Origin: an uncultured delta proteobacterium | GTDB taxonomy: Bacteria; Desulfobacterota; Binatia; Bin18 | Direction of reading: 5' to 3' | DNA length: 47,658 bases | Assembly: GCA_963733195.1 (NCBI GenBank) | Contig: CAVTCR010000023.1 | Span: 1 to 47,658, forward strand | Part shown: positions 20,666 through 29,725 of the stretch, piece after piece | How the letters are laid out: each line of letters opens with the position of its first letter | Position numbering within the stretch: the first letter of the stretch is position 1 | The notes under the pieces: model-generated | The model's input: the letters and a program-made list of their open reading frames with translations, nothing else | Database searches by the model: none | Told to the model about the DNA's origin: nothing | Program-made: the position numbers and the translations under genes

Positions 20666-20681
20666 TGGCATGCGATGTGCG
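20666..20681 (+). promoter_or_regulatory. sigma54 -24/-12 promoter
   Basis: TGGCATGCGATGTGCG, GG-N10-GC. Confidence 0.75.
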
Positions 20682-20705
20682 AATCCTTCGCAAGGAGGCT
20701 TGCGT

Positions 20706-20783
20706 ATGCCCCAATCAACTATTCGCGCTTGGATGACCAGCGCCCCTAACTTCATCATGCTTATGACGACACACATCACATGA
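20706..20783 (+). pseudogene. 25-codon mini-ORF, probable 5' relic of a CBS-domain gene
   Basis: AAGGAGG RBS, then MPQSTIRAWMTSAPNFIMLMTTHIT*. The start resembles the (V/I)RxxMTxxP opening of CBS proteins. Confidence 0.45.
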
Positions 20784-20802
20784 AATCTGGAGGCCTGTCC
20801 CC

Positions 20803-21321
20803 ATGGCAGAGACACGATCACCCTCAGTCCCGAATTCCCTGTGGAAAAACATTCTGGTACCGACGGACTTCTCTCCCCCTGCGGACGCCGCATTGGCGTA
20901 CGCACTCACACTTGCGCAGGCCAGTGGCGCGACACTGCATGTCTGCCACGTGGTGCCAGTTCCGCATGTGCTTGACGCACTTTATGAGCGCGGCCTCCAG
21001 CCCCCAGAGAGTGTGAAACGGATCTGGCAGAATGCACGCCGCCACATTAAGGCAATCACATGCGCAATCCCCGACGGAGAGGACGTCGCATTGCGTATTC
21101 ATTTTAGTGAGGGAGACGCCGTAGCGGGCGTGCTCGAATGGGCAGCCAAACTGAAGCCCGACCTCATTGTGATGGGCACGCATGGTCGCAAAGGTACCAA
21201 GCGGTTCTTTATGGGTAGCGTTGCCGAAGCGGTGGTGCGCCGTTCGCCCTGTCCGGTACTGACCTTGCGCGGTGAAACCACAGAAACTCGGGAAGAAACT
21301 GGGAAGAAGCGTTCGGCGTAG
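20803..21321 (+). CDS. Universal stress protein (single USP domain)
   Basis: NILVPTDFS and DLIVMGTHGRKG...MGSVAEAVVRRSPCPVL. Confidence 0.95.
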   Translation: MAETRSPSVPNSLWKNILVPTDFSPPADAALAYALTLAQASGATLHVCHVVPVPHVLDALYERGLQPPESVKRIWQNARRHIKAITCAIPDGEDVALRIHFSEGDAVAGVLEWAAKLKPDLIVMGTHGRKGTKRFFMGSVAEAVVRRSPCPVLTLRGETTETREETGKKRSA

Positions 21322-21330
21322 TAGATGATC

Positions 21331-21357
21331 GGAGGGGCACGGCGTGCCGTGTCCTCC
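21331..21357. repeat. REP-like palindrome, inverted relative of 18369
   Basis: GGAGGGGCACGGC-GT-GCCGTGTCCTCC just after the USP stop codon. Confidence 0.65.
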
Positions 21358-21440
21358 AACTGCCCATCACCTCGCGACAAATACTTTAAGACACACTATT
21401 TCTAGCTTTCATCTCTCTCTGCTTCGCGTCCTTATCTGAA

Positions 21441-21486
21441 TTCGCAATTCTGCGGCAATTCTCGTACCGGTTCTCACAAATAGGAA
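21441..21486. promoter_or_regulatory. Tandem candidate enhancer sites, pair 3
   Basis: TTCGCA-attc-TGCGGC (21441) and TTCTCA-caaa-TAGGAA (21471), 30 bp apart. Confidence 0.7.
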
Positions 21487-21526
21487 AGCTCACATCATAA
21501 AACCACGGAGATTGCGCTCTTGTGGC

Positions 21527-21542
21527 TGGTACGAGAGTTGCT
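21527..21542 (+). promoter_or_regulatory. sigma54 -24/-12 promoter
   Basis: TGGTACGAGAGTTGCT, GG-N10-GC. Confidence 0.8.
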
Positions 21543-21579
21543 CCTTTCATACGGCGACATCTCCACTTCCTCGCATACG

Positions 21580-21767
21580 GAAAGCAGCCGTTGATTGCCG
21601 AGTGGCGAAGTCGCTCGTTCCTCGGTCGTCGTGTCACAATACACGAGGGTAATATCCGCCTTGAGGGAATTGCCTTGAACCTGGATGCTGAGGGATGTCT
21701 GATTGTGACCTTAGATGATGGGTCAACCGTTCACGTTCGTGAAGGAGAGGTCTTTCCTCTTCATTAG
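21580..21767 (+). pseudogene. C-terminal (SH3-like) fragment of a biotin-protein ligase (BirA); start approximate
   Basis: LIAEWRSRSFLGRRVTI...EGIALNLDAEGCLIV.LDDG......EGEV matches the BPL_C pattern. There is no catalytic domain and no RBS-supported start. Confidence 0.7.
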
Positions 21768-21812
21768 AGGAGAGGGAATCGCATTTTCGTGAGGTGTTGG
21801 AGCAAGCCGCAC

Positions 21813-21828
21813 GGGAACGAAACTTGCT
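21813..21828 (+). promoter_or_regulatory. Possible weaker sigma54 promoter for the ferritin-like gene
   Basis: GGGAACGAAACTTGCT has GG-N10-GC spacing but a non-consensus -24 box. It ends 30 bp before the ATG. Confidence 0.45.
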
Positions 21829-21858
21829 CTGATTCAAGAACAGAGAGGAGATGAGCGT

Positions 21859-22386
21859 ATGTTCATGACGGAAGTCCTCAAACGTTGCAGTATGCTGGAG
21901 CAACGCTGCGCGGATATCTATAGCCAGTTTGCGGGCAGTGTGAACGATGACAAAGAGGTGGAGAGTTTTTTTCTTGGCCTGGCGGAAGAGGAAAAGCACC
22001 ACGCCAAGATTCTGGCGGCAGAAAAGGCGGCGTTAGATGTCGATTCCGATACCGGCTACTTTATGCCGGAGTTTTCCGCCAAACTGACCGAGATGGATAC
22101 CCTACTCAAGAAGGTGGAAGAGAAGGCACGCTCCGGCGTGACCAAAGAGGAAGCGTTTGCGTTCGCACTTGAACTCGAACAATCAGAGCTAAATACGATT
22201 TATCGTGATTTGGTCTTGATGGGACGCGCCGCAGTAAAATTGATGGCGCGGCATGTCGATGAATCCCTTTCCTTGCCCAAACATCAAGAAGGCTTGGTCG
22301 AAGGGATGCGGCGCTTTATTCCGCACAGCCCGACCCGTCAGCAGGCTGAGCTCTGGGCGGGGCAGTATCATATGGGACCTCGATGA
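21859..22386 (+). CDS. Ferritin-like / rubrerythrin-type di-iron four-helix protein
   Basis: LEQRCADIY, LAEEEKHH (ExxH) and ALELEQSELN. RBS GAGGAG. Confidence 0.8.
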   Translation: MFMTEVLKRCSMLEQRCADIYSQFAGSVNDDKEVESFFLGLAEEEKHHAKILAAEKAALDVDSDTGYFMPEFSAKLTEMDTLLKKVEEKARSGVTKEEAFAFALELEQSELNTIYRDLVLMGRAAVKLMARHVDESLSLPKHQEGLVEGMRRFIPHSPTRQQAELWAGQYHMGPR

Positions 22387-22727
22387 GACGATAAGGGAAC
22401 AAGAGAAAACTCCCTCTCAGTGCATCGTGATAAGAGCGGCGGACACGCGTTGACTGACAGGAAGGGGTGCATGAGATCGTGTCACTTGCTGAGCCAGTAC
22501 TCGACCGGCTGTGAAAGAAACACCTCCACGGCAATGCGCGCCCTCGACTTCCTCCGACAAGAGAGCGGTTTGCGTACCCGTTCTTGCTGACTCTTGGGCG
22601 TCAGGACGGCTACGGCGACAGGGTGAAGTCGAAGCGTGAACGGCGGTCGGCAGAGAATGATTGAGGCGAGATAGTCCATTACAATAGAAGCCCGATCTAT
22701 CCTAAGTGAAGCCTTATGATTCACTCG

Positions 22728-23168
22728 TTACGAAAATATTTCTTTGAAAGAGCCGGCTTTCAGAAGATCACGGAAACAGCGCAGGCAGTCGCTTTCAGTG
22801 ACGAGACCAACCAGACAGCCGTCTTTATCGATTACTGGCAGGCAGCCAAACTTCTCGCTCAGCATCTTGTCCACGGCTTCGACCACCCCAGCTTCCATGT
22901 CGATAGTCGTAACCCCCACGGTCATCACGTCACTTACGTTGATTTTGCCTAACCATTCGTGCGCCTTCGCCTTGGAGAAGCCAAGCACGGACGAAATTGC
23001 CGCTTTGTATAGATCACGCTGCGTGACGAGACCGACTACGCGTCTGTGACTGTCCACCACCGGGAGATGACGAATGCGACCCATGCTCATAATGTCATCG
23101 GCTACCCCGAGGCTGTCCGTGGCGTGAAGAGTGACAACACTGTTTCGCATGACATCTTTGATTTTCAT
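22728..23168 (-). CDS. CBS-pair domain protein
   Basis: MKIKDVM...IRHLPVVD...GLVTQRDL...GCLPVID...GLVTESD. RBS AGGAGG before ATG 23168. Confidence 0.92.
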   Translation of the reverse strand: MKIKDVMRNSVVTLHATDSLGVADDIMSMGRIRHLPVVDSHRRVVGLVTQRDLYKAAISSVLGFSKAKAHEWLGKINVSDVMTVGVTTIDMEAGVVEAVDKMLSEKFGCLPVIDKDGCLVGLVTESDCLRCFRDLLKAGSFKEIFS

Positions 23169-23203
23169 GTATGACCTCCTACTCTCCATGCCTCCAGAAC
23201 TAG

Positions 23204-23219
23204 AGCAAGAATTCTGCCG
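23204..23219 (-). promoter_or_regulatory. sigma54 -24/-12 promoter (CBS gene)
   Basis: Minus strand CGGCAGAATTCTTGCT, GG-N10-GC. Confidence 0.7.
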
Positions 23220-23257
23220 AAGATAACAGTGACTGACTTCGCAGAAACGAGCTTCTC

Positions 23258-23304
23258 TTCTCATCCATGAGAGAGTGCGGGTGGTACTTTCGCAAGTTTA
23301 GGAA
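23258..23304. promoter_or_regulatory. Tandem candidate enhancer sites, pair 4, shared by divergent promoters
   Basis: TTCTCA-tcca-TGAGAG (23258) and TTCGCA-agtt-TAGGAA (23289), 31 bp apart. Confidence 0.75.
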
Positions 23305-23352
23305 AACCTCTCTACAAAGTGTTTTTTTCGTGAGTACCCTGCCGAACTGCTT

Positions 23353-23368
23353 CGGCACAGCGGTTGCT
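23353..23368 (+). promoter_or_regulatory. sigma54 -24/-12 promoter (P-type ATPase)
   Basis: CGGCACAGCGGTTGCT, GG-N10-GC. Confidence 0.78.
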
Positions 23369-23403
23369 CGGTCACCACGGCTCGCTTATACGAAAGGCAG
23401 AAC

Positions 23404-26124
23404 ATGGCTACAGCTTGGCACACGGTATCCCCGCAGGTACTCACGCAAGAACTCCAAGCGAATGCCCACGAAGGACTGTCGAGTGTTGAGGTACAGCATC
23501 GCCTCGGCCAACACGGTCCGAACACGCTCCCTGAGCCGATCCCACCCTCACCCCTGGTGCTGTTCCTCAACCAGTTTACTAGCGTAATCGTGTGGGTATT
23601 GTTTGGGGCTGCGCTTCTTTCTGCTCTGCTACGCGAATGGATCGACGCCATTGCCATTGTCGCTATTATTCTCCTCAATGCGGTTTTGGGATTCGTTCAG
23701 GAATATCGTGCTGAACGGTCCCTCGCCGCTCTCAAGAAGCTGTCTGTTACCACCGCACGGGTGTTCAGAGATGGAGTACTCGTCACCATCCCTACGCGCG
23801 ATATCGTTCCCGGAGATCTTGTCCTGGTGGAAGCTGGAGACCAGGTTCCCGCTGATGCACGGTTGCTGTATGCGACCGGCCTCCGTGCCCAGGAAGCCGC
23901 ACTAACCGGCGAATCGACGCCCATCGATAAAACTGCTGAAACCTTGGTCGACGACACACTTGTCATTGCCGATCAGCGCAACATGGTGTTCTTCGGTACC
24001 GAAATCACTGCTGGTAAAGGGCGGGCACTGGTCGTTGCGACTGGCCTCCAAACTGAGTTAGGTCGCATTGCTACGCTCATACAAGCCACCAGCACCGAAC
24101 CGACCCCCCTCCAACGTCGTCTCGATCAGCTTGGCCACATGTTGCTGTATCTGTCGCTCGCGATCGTGGCGGTGGTCTTTGTTCTTGGATTGCTGCGTGG
24201 TGAGCCACCCGTCGCGATGCTTTTGACCGCAGTCAGCCTCGCCGTCGCCGCTATCCCGGAGGGGTTGCCTGCAATCGTAACCATCACCCTCGCGATCGGA
24301 GTGACACGGATGGTCACACGCAATGCGCTGGTTCGTCGACTACCTGCCGTAGAAACCTTGGGTTCTACTACCGTTATCTGTACCGACAAGACTGGGACGC
24401 TCACAAAGAATGAGATGACCGTGACCAGACTCTACGTCGACCGTCTCCTGTTTGCCGTCACCGGCGAGGGATACGAACCCACCGGCGAGATTCAAGAAAT
24501 CGAAACCACGGATGAACGAGGGTACCTCCGACACAGTCGGATCGATGTCCCGCTTGGCATGCGACAATTGCTCACAGCTGCCGTGCTATGCAATGGTGCG
24601 ACACTGCGAGAAGAACAGGGGAACTGGCGCATCATAGGTGACCCTACCGAAGGGGCACTCTTAGTGGCTGCAGCAAAAGCGCGAGTGTGGAAACAACCAC
24701 TGGAAGATGCCAGCGAGTTTATTGACGAGGTGCCATTCGACCCGGAACGAAAGATGATGACAGTTGTCCGTAAGACAGCGACACACACTATTGCGTATGC
24801 CAAGGGAGCACCCGATCTCCTCCTCAACAAATGTACACAATATACGACCATTACCGGAGCGACCGAGCCGCTGACTGAGGCGGGTCGACAACGTATTCTC
24901 ACTAATAATGATCTATTCGCGCACGAAGCGTTACGAGTATTAGCATTTGCACAGCGATCCCTTACCTCCCTCCCCTCTCCAATGCAGGCAGAGACCCTAG
25001 AGCATGACTTCGTTTTTCTCGGGCTTGCCGCCATGAAAGATCCCCTGCGGCCAGAGGCGAAAACTGCAGTTGCCGCGTGCCGGACAGCAGGCATTCATAC
25101 GGTGATGATTACCGGGGATCACAAAGACACTGGCGCTGCAATTGCTCGCGAACTTGGGATTCTTAACCATACAGCCCGTGCCATTTCGGGAGCCGATCTC
25201 AACTTCATGACCGATCAGCAACTTGCCGAACAAGTGCCACACACGACCGTCTATGCCCGCGTCTCGGCAGAACACAAGTTACGCGTGGTGCGTGCGTGGA
25301 AAGCGCGCGGTGCGGTGGTCGCTATGACGGGGGACGGCGTGAACGACGCCCCGGCACTCAAAGAGGCGGACATCGGGATCGCGATGGGACTGACTGGCAC
25401 GGATGTCACGAAAGAAGCGGCGGATCTGGTTGTCACCGACGACAACTTCGCCTCTATCGCCGCCGCGGTCGAGGAAGGACGTGGCATCTACGCGAACATT
25501 CGCAAAGCGGTTTACTACCTGTTGTCGTGCAACCTCAGTGAGATTCTTCTCATGTTATTTGCAACGATGTTCTTTTTGCCGCTTCCCCTTCTCCCCGTGC
25601 AGATCTTGTGGATCAATCTGGTTACGGATGGTCTCCCGGCACTCGCTTTAGCTGTCGACCCTAAGGACCCTGATCTCATGCAGCGACCACCGCGCTTGCC
25701 CACCGAGCCATTTCTGTCCTCGACTCGACTTCGGCTGATGTTCCTCCAGGGGCTGTTGATCGCGGCGATAACATTACTTACCTTTGCCTTCTATTTATCC
25801 TGGATGGGAACGAATCTCTCGCAGGCAAGGACGATTGCATTTACCGTCCTTGTGCTGGCGCAACTGACACACGCGTTTAATTGTCGTAGCGAGACCTATT
25901 CTATCTTTCAGCTAGGACTGAGCTCTAACACGGCATTGCTATGGGCTGTTGGATTGTCGGCATTGCTCCAGGTTGCGGTCGTGTTACTCCCTTGGATGCG
26001 TATAGGGTTCGGCACTACCCCATTGACTGCGAGGCAATGGCTTGTCGTTCTCGTCCTCAGCATACTACCGTTGTTTGGGACGGAGATTTGGAAGCTGTGG
26101 CGCCGCCATCAAGCTGATGGCTGA
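23404..26124 (+). CDS. P2A-type cation (Ca2+-like) transporting P-type ATPase, CtpF-like
   Basis: Motifs LTGES, AIPEGL, DKTGTLT, KGAP, MITGD, TGDGVNDAPAL and QILWINLVTDGLPA. Confidence 0.96.
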   Translation: MATAWHTVSPQVLTQELQANAHEGLSSVEVQHRLGQHGPNTLPEPIPPSPLVLFLNQFTSVIVWVLFGAALLSALLREWIDAIAIVAIILLNAVLGFVQEYRAERSLAALKKLSVTTARVFRDGVLVTIPTRDIVPGDLVLVEAGDQVPADARLLYATGLRAQEAALTGESTPIDKTAETLVDDTLVIADQRNMVFFGTEITAGKGRALVVATGLQTELGRIATLIQATSTEPTPLQRRLDQLGHMLLYLSLAIVAVVFVLGLLRGEPPVAMLLTAVSLAVAAIPEGLPAIVTITLAIGVTRMVTRNALVRRLPAVETLGSTTVICTDKTGTLTKNEMTVTRLYVDRLLFAVTGEGYEPTGEIQEIETTDERGYLRHSRIDVPLGMRQLLTAAVLCNGATLREEQGNWRIIGDPTEGALLVAAAKARVWKQPLEDASEFIDEVPFDPERKMMTVVRKTATHTIAYAKGAPDLLLNKCTQYTTITGATEPLTEAGRQRILTNNDLFAHEALRVLAFAQRSLTSLPSPMQAETLEHDFVFLGLAAMKDPLRPEAKTAVAACRTAGIHTVMITGDHKDTGAAIARELGILNHTARAISGADLNFMTDQQLAEQVPHTTVYARVSAEHKLRVVRAWKARGAVVAMTGDGVNDAPALKEADIGIAMGLTGTDVTKEAADLVVTDDNFASIAAAVEEGRGIYANIRKAVYYLLSCNLSEILLMLFATMFFLPLPLLPVQILWINLVTDGLPALALAVDPKDPDLMQRPPRLPTEPFLSSTRLRLMFLQGLLIAAITLLTFAFYLSWMGTNLSQARTIAFTVLVLAQLTHAFNCRSETYSIFQLGLSSNTALLWAVGLSALLQVAVVLLPWMRIGFGTTPLTARQWLVVLVLSILPLFGTEIWKLWRRHQADG

Positions 26125-26133
26125 ACGCTTATC

Positions 26134-26592
26134 TTACTTTTTCTCCTGCTTTGGTAGTCGGGCAACGAGGACAGGACAGGAGGCGTGACGCACGACGCGT
26201 TCAGCGACACTGCCAAGCACTACATGGGACAACCCCGTCCGACCGTGTGACCCCATGATAATGAGATCAGCGTGCTCGCGTTCCGCCATGTGACAAATCT
26301 CCCACATCGCTTCACCGACGCTCACACGTGTTTCAACGGGGACAGCACTCGTTCCCTTCTTCGCCGCGAATTCAGCCATACGTTTTTCTGCGTCGGCAAT
26401 CATTTCACCCTCCATGCGTGCGAGATCTGGATAATACACACTCTCCGGAAAGGCGAGGTGCGACATGGTCGGACTCGCATGAAAGAGGATTACTTTGGCC
26501 TTGCAAACTGCGGCTAATCCCAGCGCCCATTTGTACGCGTATTCGGCATAGTCCGAAAAATCGGTTGGTACGAGAATCGTCTTAATGTCCAT
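26134..26592 (-). CDS. Universal stress protein
   Basis: TILVPTDFS and DLIIMGSHGRTG...LGSVAERVVRHASCPVL. Confidence 0.95.
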   Translation of the reverse strand: MDIKTILVPTDFSDYAEYAYKWALGLAAVCKAKVILFHASPTMSHLAFPESVYYPDLARMEGEMIADAEKRMAEFAAKKGTSAVPVETRVSVGEAMWEICHMAEREHADLIIMGSHGRTGLSHVVLGSVAERVVRHASCPVLVARLPKQEKK

Positions 26593-26621
26593 GAGATATC
26601 CTCCTACTCAATACTACCCAT

Positions 26622-26637
26622 AGCAAAACCGACGCCA
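26622..26637 (-). promoter_or_regulatory. sigma54 -24/-12 promoter (USP, minus strand)
   Basis: Minus strand TGGCGTCGGTTTTGCT, GG-N10-GC. Confidence 0.78.
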
Positions 26638-26665
26638 GTATAGCAGGTAGGTTTTCGCCTGATTT

Positions 26666-26711
26666 TTTCTATTTTTGAGAACTCTTATGGGGCGTTTCGC
26701 AGAAATGCGAA
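26666..26711. promoter_or_regulatory. Tandem candidate enhancer sites, pair 5, shared by divergent promoters
   Basis: TTTCTA-tttt-TGAGAA (26666) and the perfect palindrome TTCGCA-gaaa-TGCGAA (26696), 30 bp apart. Confidence 0.78.
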
Positions 26712-26740
26712 AGCGGCACGCACCCGTGCGCTACAGCTCT

Positions 26741-26756
26741 AGGCGCACTTCTTGCT
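26741..26756 (+). promoter_or_regulatory. sigma54 -24/-12 promoter (tandem USP, probably also the FNT channel)
   Basis: AGGCGCACTTCTTGCT, GG-N10-GC. Confidence 0.72.
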
Positions 26757-26798
26757 CACTCGATGTCTGTATCCCACACGTCTTCAGCAGGAGTCTCT

Positions 26799-27777
26799 AT
26801 GCCGCAGGTGAGAAACATTCTGGTTCCTATCGACACCCACGAGAACGCTGGGTTGGTCGTCCAGTGGGCAACGCTCTTTGCTCACGCGACCCACAGTCGT
26901 CTCACCCTTCTCCATGTGAATGAATCGCTGGAGCTCATGAAAGCCCGCCCGGGTCTCCGGGGTGGCGGATTTCCGAGTCTCGATATGACGCTGGACAAGT
27001 GGAGGCAGCATTATCAACAGGACACACAAGCGACGCTGGGTACGCTGGCGCAACAACATTGTCATGGGCTGTCAGTTTCCCCCTGATCCTGGAAGGACGA
27101 GCCTATGCGACGATCCTCGGTGCGATCGAGACCACACGGAGTGATCTCGTCAATCATGGGCACGCATGGAAGACCGTGGTATCAACGCGCGTTTCTCGGT
27201 AGTACCGCCGAGGCGGTGTTACGTGCGAGTGACAGTCCCAATGCTGATCATCCACAACAGGAGCTGCTCGCTTCCGCCCCCACGGATGCGGCGCATGCTG
27301 CTGTCGACCGACTTTAGTCCTGCCAGTGTGGGTGGAGAAGAATGGGTGCAGTATCTCACCCAACATGGAGTGCGGGAGGTCGTCCTGGTGCATGCCATCG
27401 AGAATCCGTTACTCGATATCTACTCTCCTGATACAGCGGATCTCAATCTCAAGCACGTGAGTGAAGAGTCACGACAGCATCCACCACGCTCGGCGCAACC
27501 GTACTGGGAGAACGCGATGCAGGTTGCGAAGGCCAAACTGAGCCAGGTACGGCAACAATTGTTGGCACCCCCTTCTCCTGTGCTCCAAGCAGAAATTGTG
27601 GTTGCTGAAGGAGCACCGGCAACGGCCATCCTCACAGCGGCGGAGCAACATCAGGTAGACTGCATCGTCATGGCAACCCACGGTCGCAGCGGGGTCCGCC
27701 GCTTCGTTTTGGGCAGTGTCACTGAGAAGGTGGTTCGCAGTTCCTCGCGGCCGGTGCTGGCTGTGCCCAGCCGGTAG
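26799..27777 (+). CDS. Tandem-domain universal stress protein (frameshifts near 27080, 27150 and 27240)
   Basis: Three overlapping ORFs give NILVPID, then IMGTHGRPWYQRAFLGSTAEAVLR, then MLLSTDFS...VMATHGRSGVRRFVLGSVTEKVVR. Confidence 0.88.
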
Positions 27778-27845
27778 GTCAAAACAATTGCGTGTGCACG
27801 AAACGAAACCGCGAGGTTCTGACATCTGCAACTACAGGAAGTATC

Positions 27846-28763
27846 ATGAATGAAACTTTAAATTTCGACGCCCTCCTGCCCGCGGAGATCGCCAAGAAAG
27901 CTGAAGACGTCGGTGCGCGCAAATGTCACTTGCCATTCTGGTCACTGCTGACGCTGGCGGTGCTGGCGGGAGCCTTCATTGCCCTGGGCGCCGTGTTCTC
28001 CACCACCGTGAGTGCCGGCACTGCCGGGGCTTTGCCCTTTGGGGTCGTTCGCTTACTCGCGGGGTTGGTATTCTGCCTCGGCCTTATTTTGGTGATCGTT
28101 GGTGGGGCCGAACTCTTTACCGGGAATACCCTGATCAGTATGGCCTGGGCAAGTGGCGTGATCTCGACGCCGCAGCTGCTGCGCAACTGGCTCATCGTCT
28201 ATCTTGGGAATCTGCTCGGAGCGGTAGCGACTGCAGCATTGGTGTATCTTTCTCAACAGTACACATTCGGCAACGGAGCGGTGGGAGTCACTGCGTTGGA
28301 GATTGCACGGTCCAAGACTAGTTTGGGCTTCGTGCAAGCGGTGATGCTCGGCATTCTCTGCAATGGGTTGGTGTGTCTCGCGGTATGGCTCTGCCTGGGG
28401 GCGCGGAGTATGACAGACAAGATTCTCGCAATTCTCTTCCCTATTAGTGCTTTTGTCGCGGCAGGGTTTGAGCACAGTGTGGCCAATATGTACTACATTC
28501 CCGTTGGCATGTTGATCAAAACCGACACGACTTTTCTTACTGCGATTGGCAAGAGCGTCAGTAATTATCCGAGCCTGACGTGGGCAAATTTTCTGTTCGT
28601 GAATTTAGTGCCGGTGACAATCGGCAATATCATAGGCGGTGTGATGCTCGTGGGGTTCACGTACTGGTTTGTCTATTTGCGGCCGGAAGTCCGAACGACT
28701 TCTAGTCTTCAGACGATAAGGCACGAGGATGATCCGCCGAGAGCGTTGCTAAAGACAGATTGA
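27846..28763 (+). CDS. focA: Formate/nitrite transporter (FNT) family channel, FocA-like
   Basis: LAGAFIALG, GAELFTGN, GILCNGLVCLAVW, GFEHSVANMY and VTIGNIIGG. Confidence 0.92.
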   Translation: MNETLNFDALLPAEIAKKAEDVGARKCHLPFWSLLTLAVLAGAFIALGAVFSTTVSAGTAGALPFGVVRLLAGLVFCLGLILVIVGGAELFTGNTLISMAWASGVISTPQLLRNWLIVYLGNLLGAVATAALVYLSQQYTFGNGAVGVTALEIARSKTSLGFVQAVMLGILCNGLVCLAVWLCLGARSMTDKILAILFPISAFVAAGFEHSVANMYYIPVGMLIKTDTTFLTAIGKSVSNYPSLTWANFLFVNLVPVTIGNIIGGVMLVGFTYWFVYLRPEVRTTSSLQTIRHEDDPPRALLKTD

Positions 28764-28916
28764 ACACCTTTAGCCGGGTCTGTGTTGGGGTGAGTAGAAT
28801 CACCAACCCTGTTGATCGCGGGCAGTAAAGATCACGAGCTCCCTGTGCTCAATCGACAGGTGTATCGGGCATTCCACACAGTCAAAACAGGGAGTGACTA
28901 CATCGGGAGCGCGACA

Positions 28917-29486
28917 ATGACGTCACAACAATTCCTCCAACGACTGCTCGACTTTGAACGTCGCGTTGGCACGTTGTATCAGAGTTTGGGAAACCGGCCT
29001 GCTTTCCATGGGGAACTGCGAGCTTTCTGGCATCGCATGGCCGAAGACGAGCGTCATCATGTATTCATTCTCCAGCGGAGTAAAATGATAATGGATCTGC
29101 AAGAATCCGTGCCTGTAGGTTCTGACGACGTCTTTCGCGCCATTGAGCAGCAGTTGACGACCGCCGAGGCAGCACTAGGACAGATAGACATCAGCGCGGA
29201 TGAGGCGTTGCGCCACGCACTGATCCTCGAAGGTTCAGAGTTGAATCGTCTTGACGGCGCGTGGTTTCACTGCTTTCCGCCGGCACTGCGAGCTCTCCTG
29301 ACGGCCCTCATGCCAGAGGATAACCTTCACCTCCGACGGTTGCTCGAAACCGTCCATGCCTTCAGCTCTAATAAAGAGCTACATGAACAGGCCACCACAC
29401 TCTGGGTGAAATATCAGCGTGCCAAGACCAACCCTATGTCAGTGGATGGGAAGACAGACTCGCAGCACAGCAAAACACAGTCTTGA
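28917..29486 (+). CDS. Second ferritin-like / rubrerythrin-type protein
   Basis: FERRVGTLY, MAEDERHH, ALILEGSELN and EDNLH; same motif order as 21859..22386. Confidence 0.75.
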   Translation: MTSQQFLQRLLDFERRVGTLYQSLGNRPAFHGELRAFWHRMAEDERHHVFILQRSKMIMDLQESVPVGSDDVFRAIEQQLTTAEAALGQIDISADEALRHALILEGSELNRLDGAWFHCFPPALRALLTALMPEDNLHLRRLLETVHAFSSNKELHEQATTLWVKYQRAKTNPMSVDGKTDSQHSKTQS

Positions 29487-29595
29487 AGCTCGTCCCTAGC
29501 TCTACTACGCCAGATTTTAGGTGGTGTGTTAGATCTGGATTTCAGGATACCTCCTCCTGTCCGAACCTGAAATGTACCGGTGACTCTCTACGCTG

Positions 29596-29611
29596 CGCAA
29601 AGGCAGTGCCA
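29596..29611 (-). promoter_or_regulatory. sigma54 -24/-12 promoter with no intact downstream gene
   Basis: Minus strand TGGCACTGCCTTTGCG, followed by RBS AGGAGGAGG (about 29550-29558) and CTG AAA instead of ATG. Confidence 0.7.
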
Positions 29612-29725
29612 GCCAAGATATATGCGTCTTCGGTCTTGGTTTTGCACACAAGGTCAGGATAAGTTGCGATTTCATTGAAATGGTGTCTATTGGTAGATCT
29701 CATTAGGAACGATGGAGAAGAGGTG

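Noticed and set aside
20048-20905. 285-aa minus-strand ORF and similar long antisense ORFs (e.g. 24492..25094)
   Set aside because: Shadows of well-supported genes on the opposite strand, with no motifs of their own.
22482-22724. 80-aa ORF downstream of the CBS gene
   Set aside because: No RBS or recognisable motif; cannot be supported.
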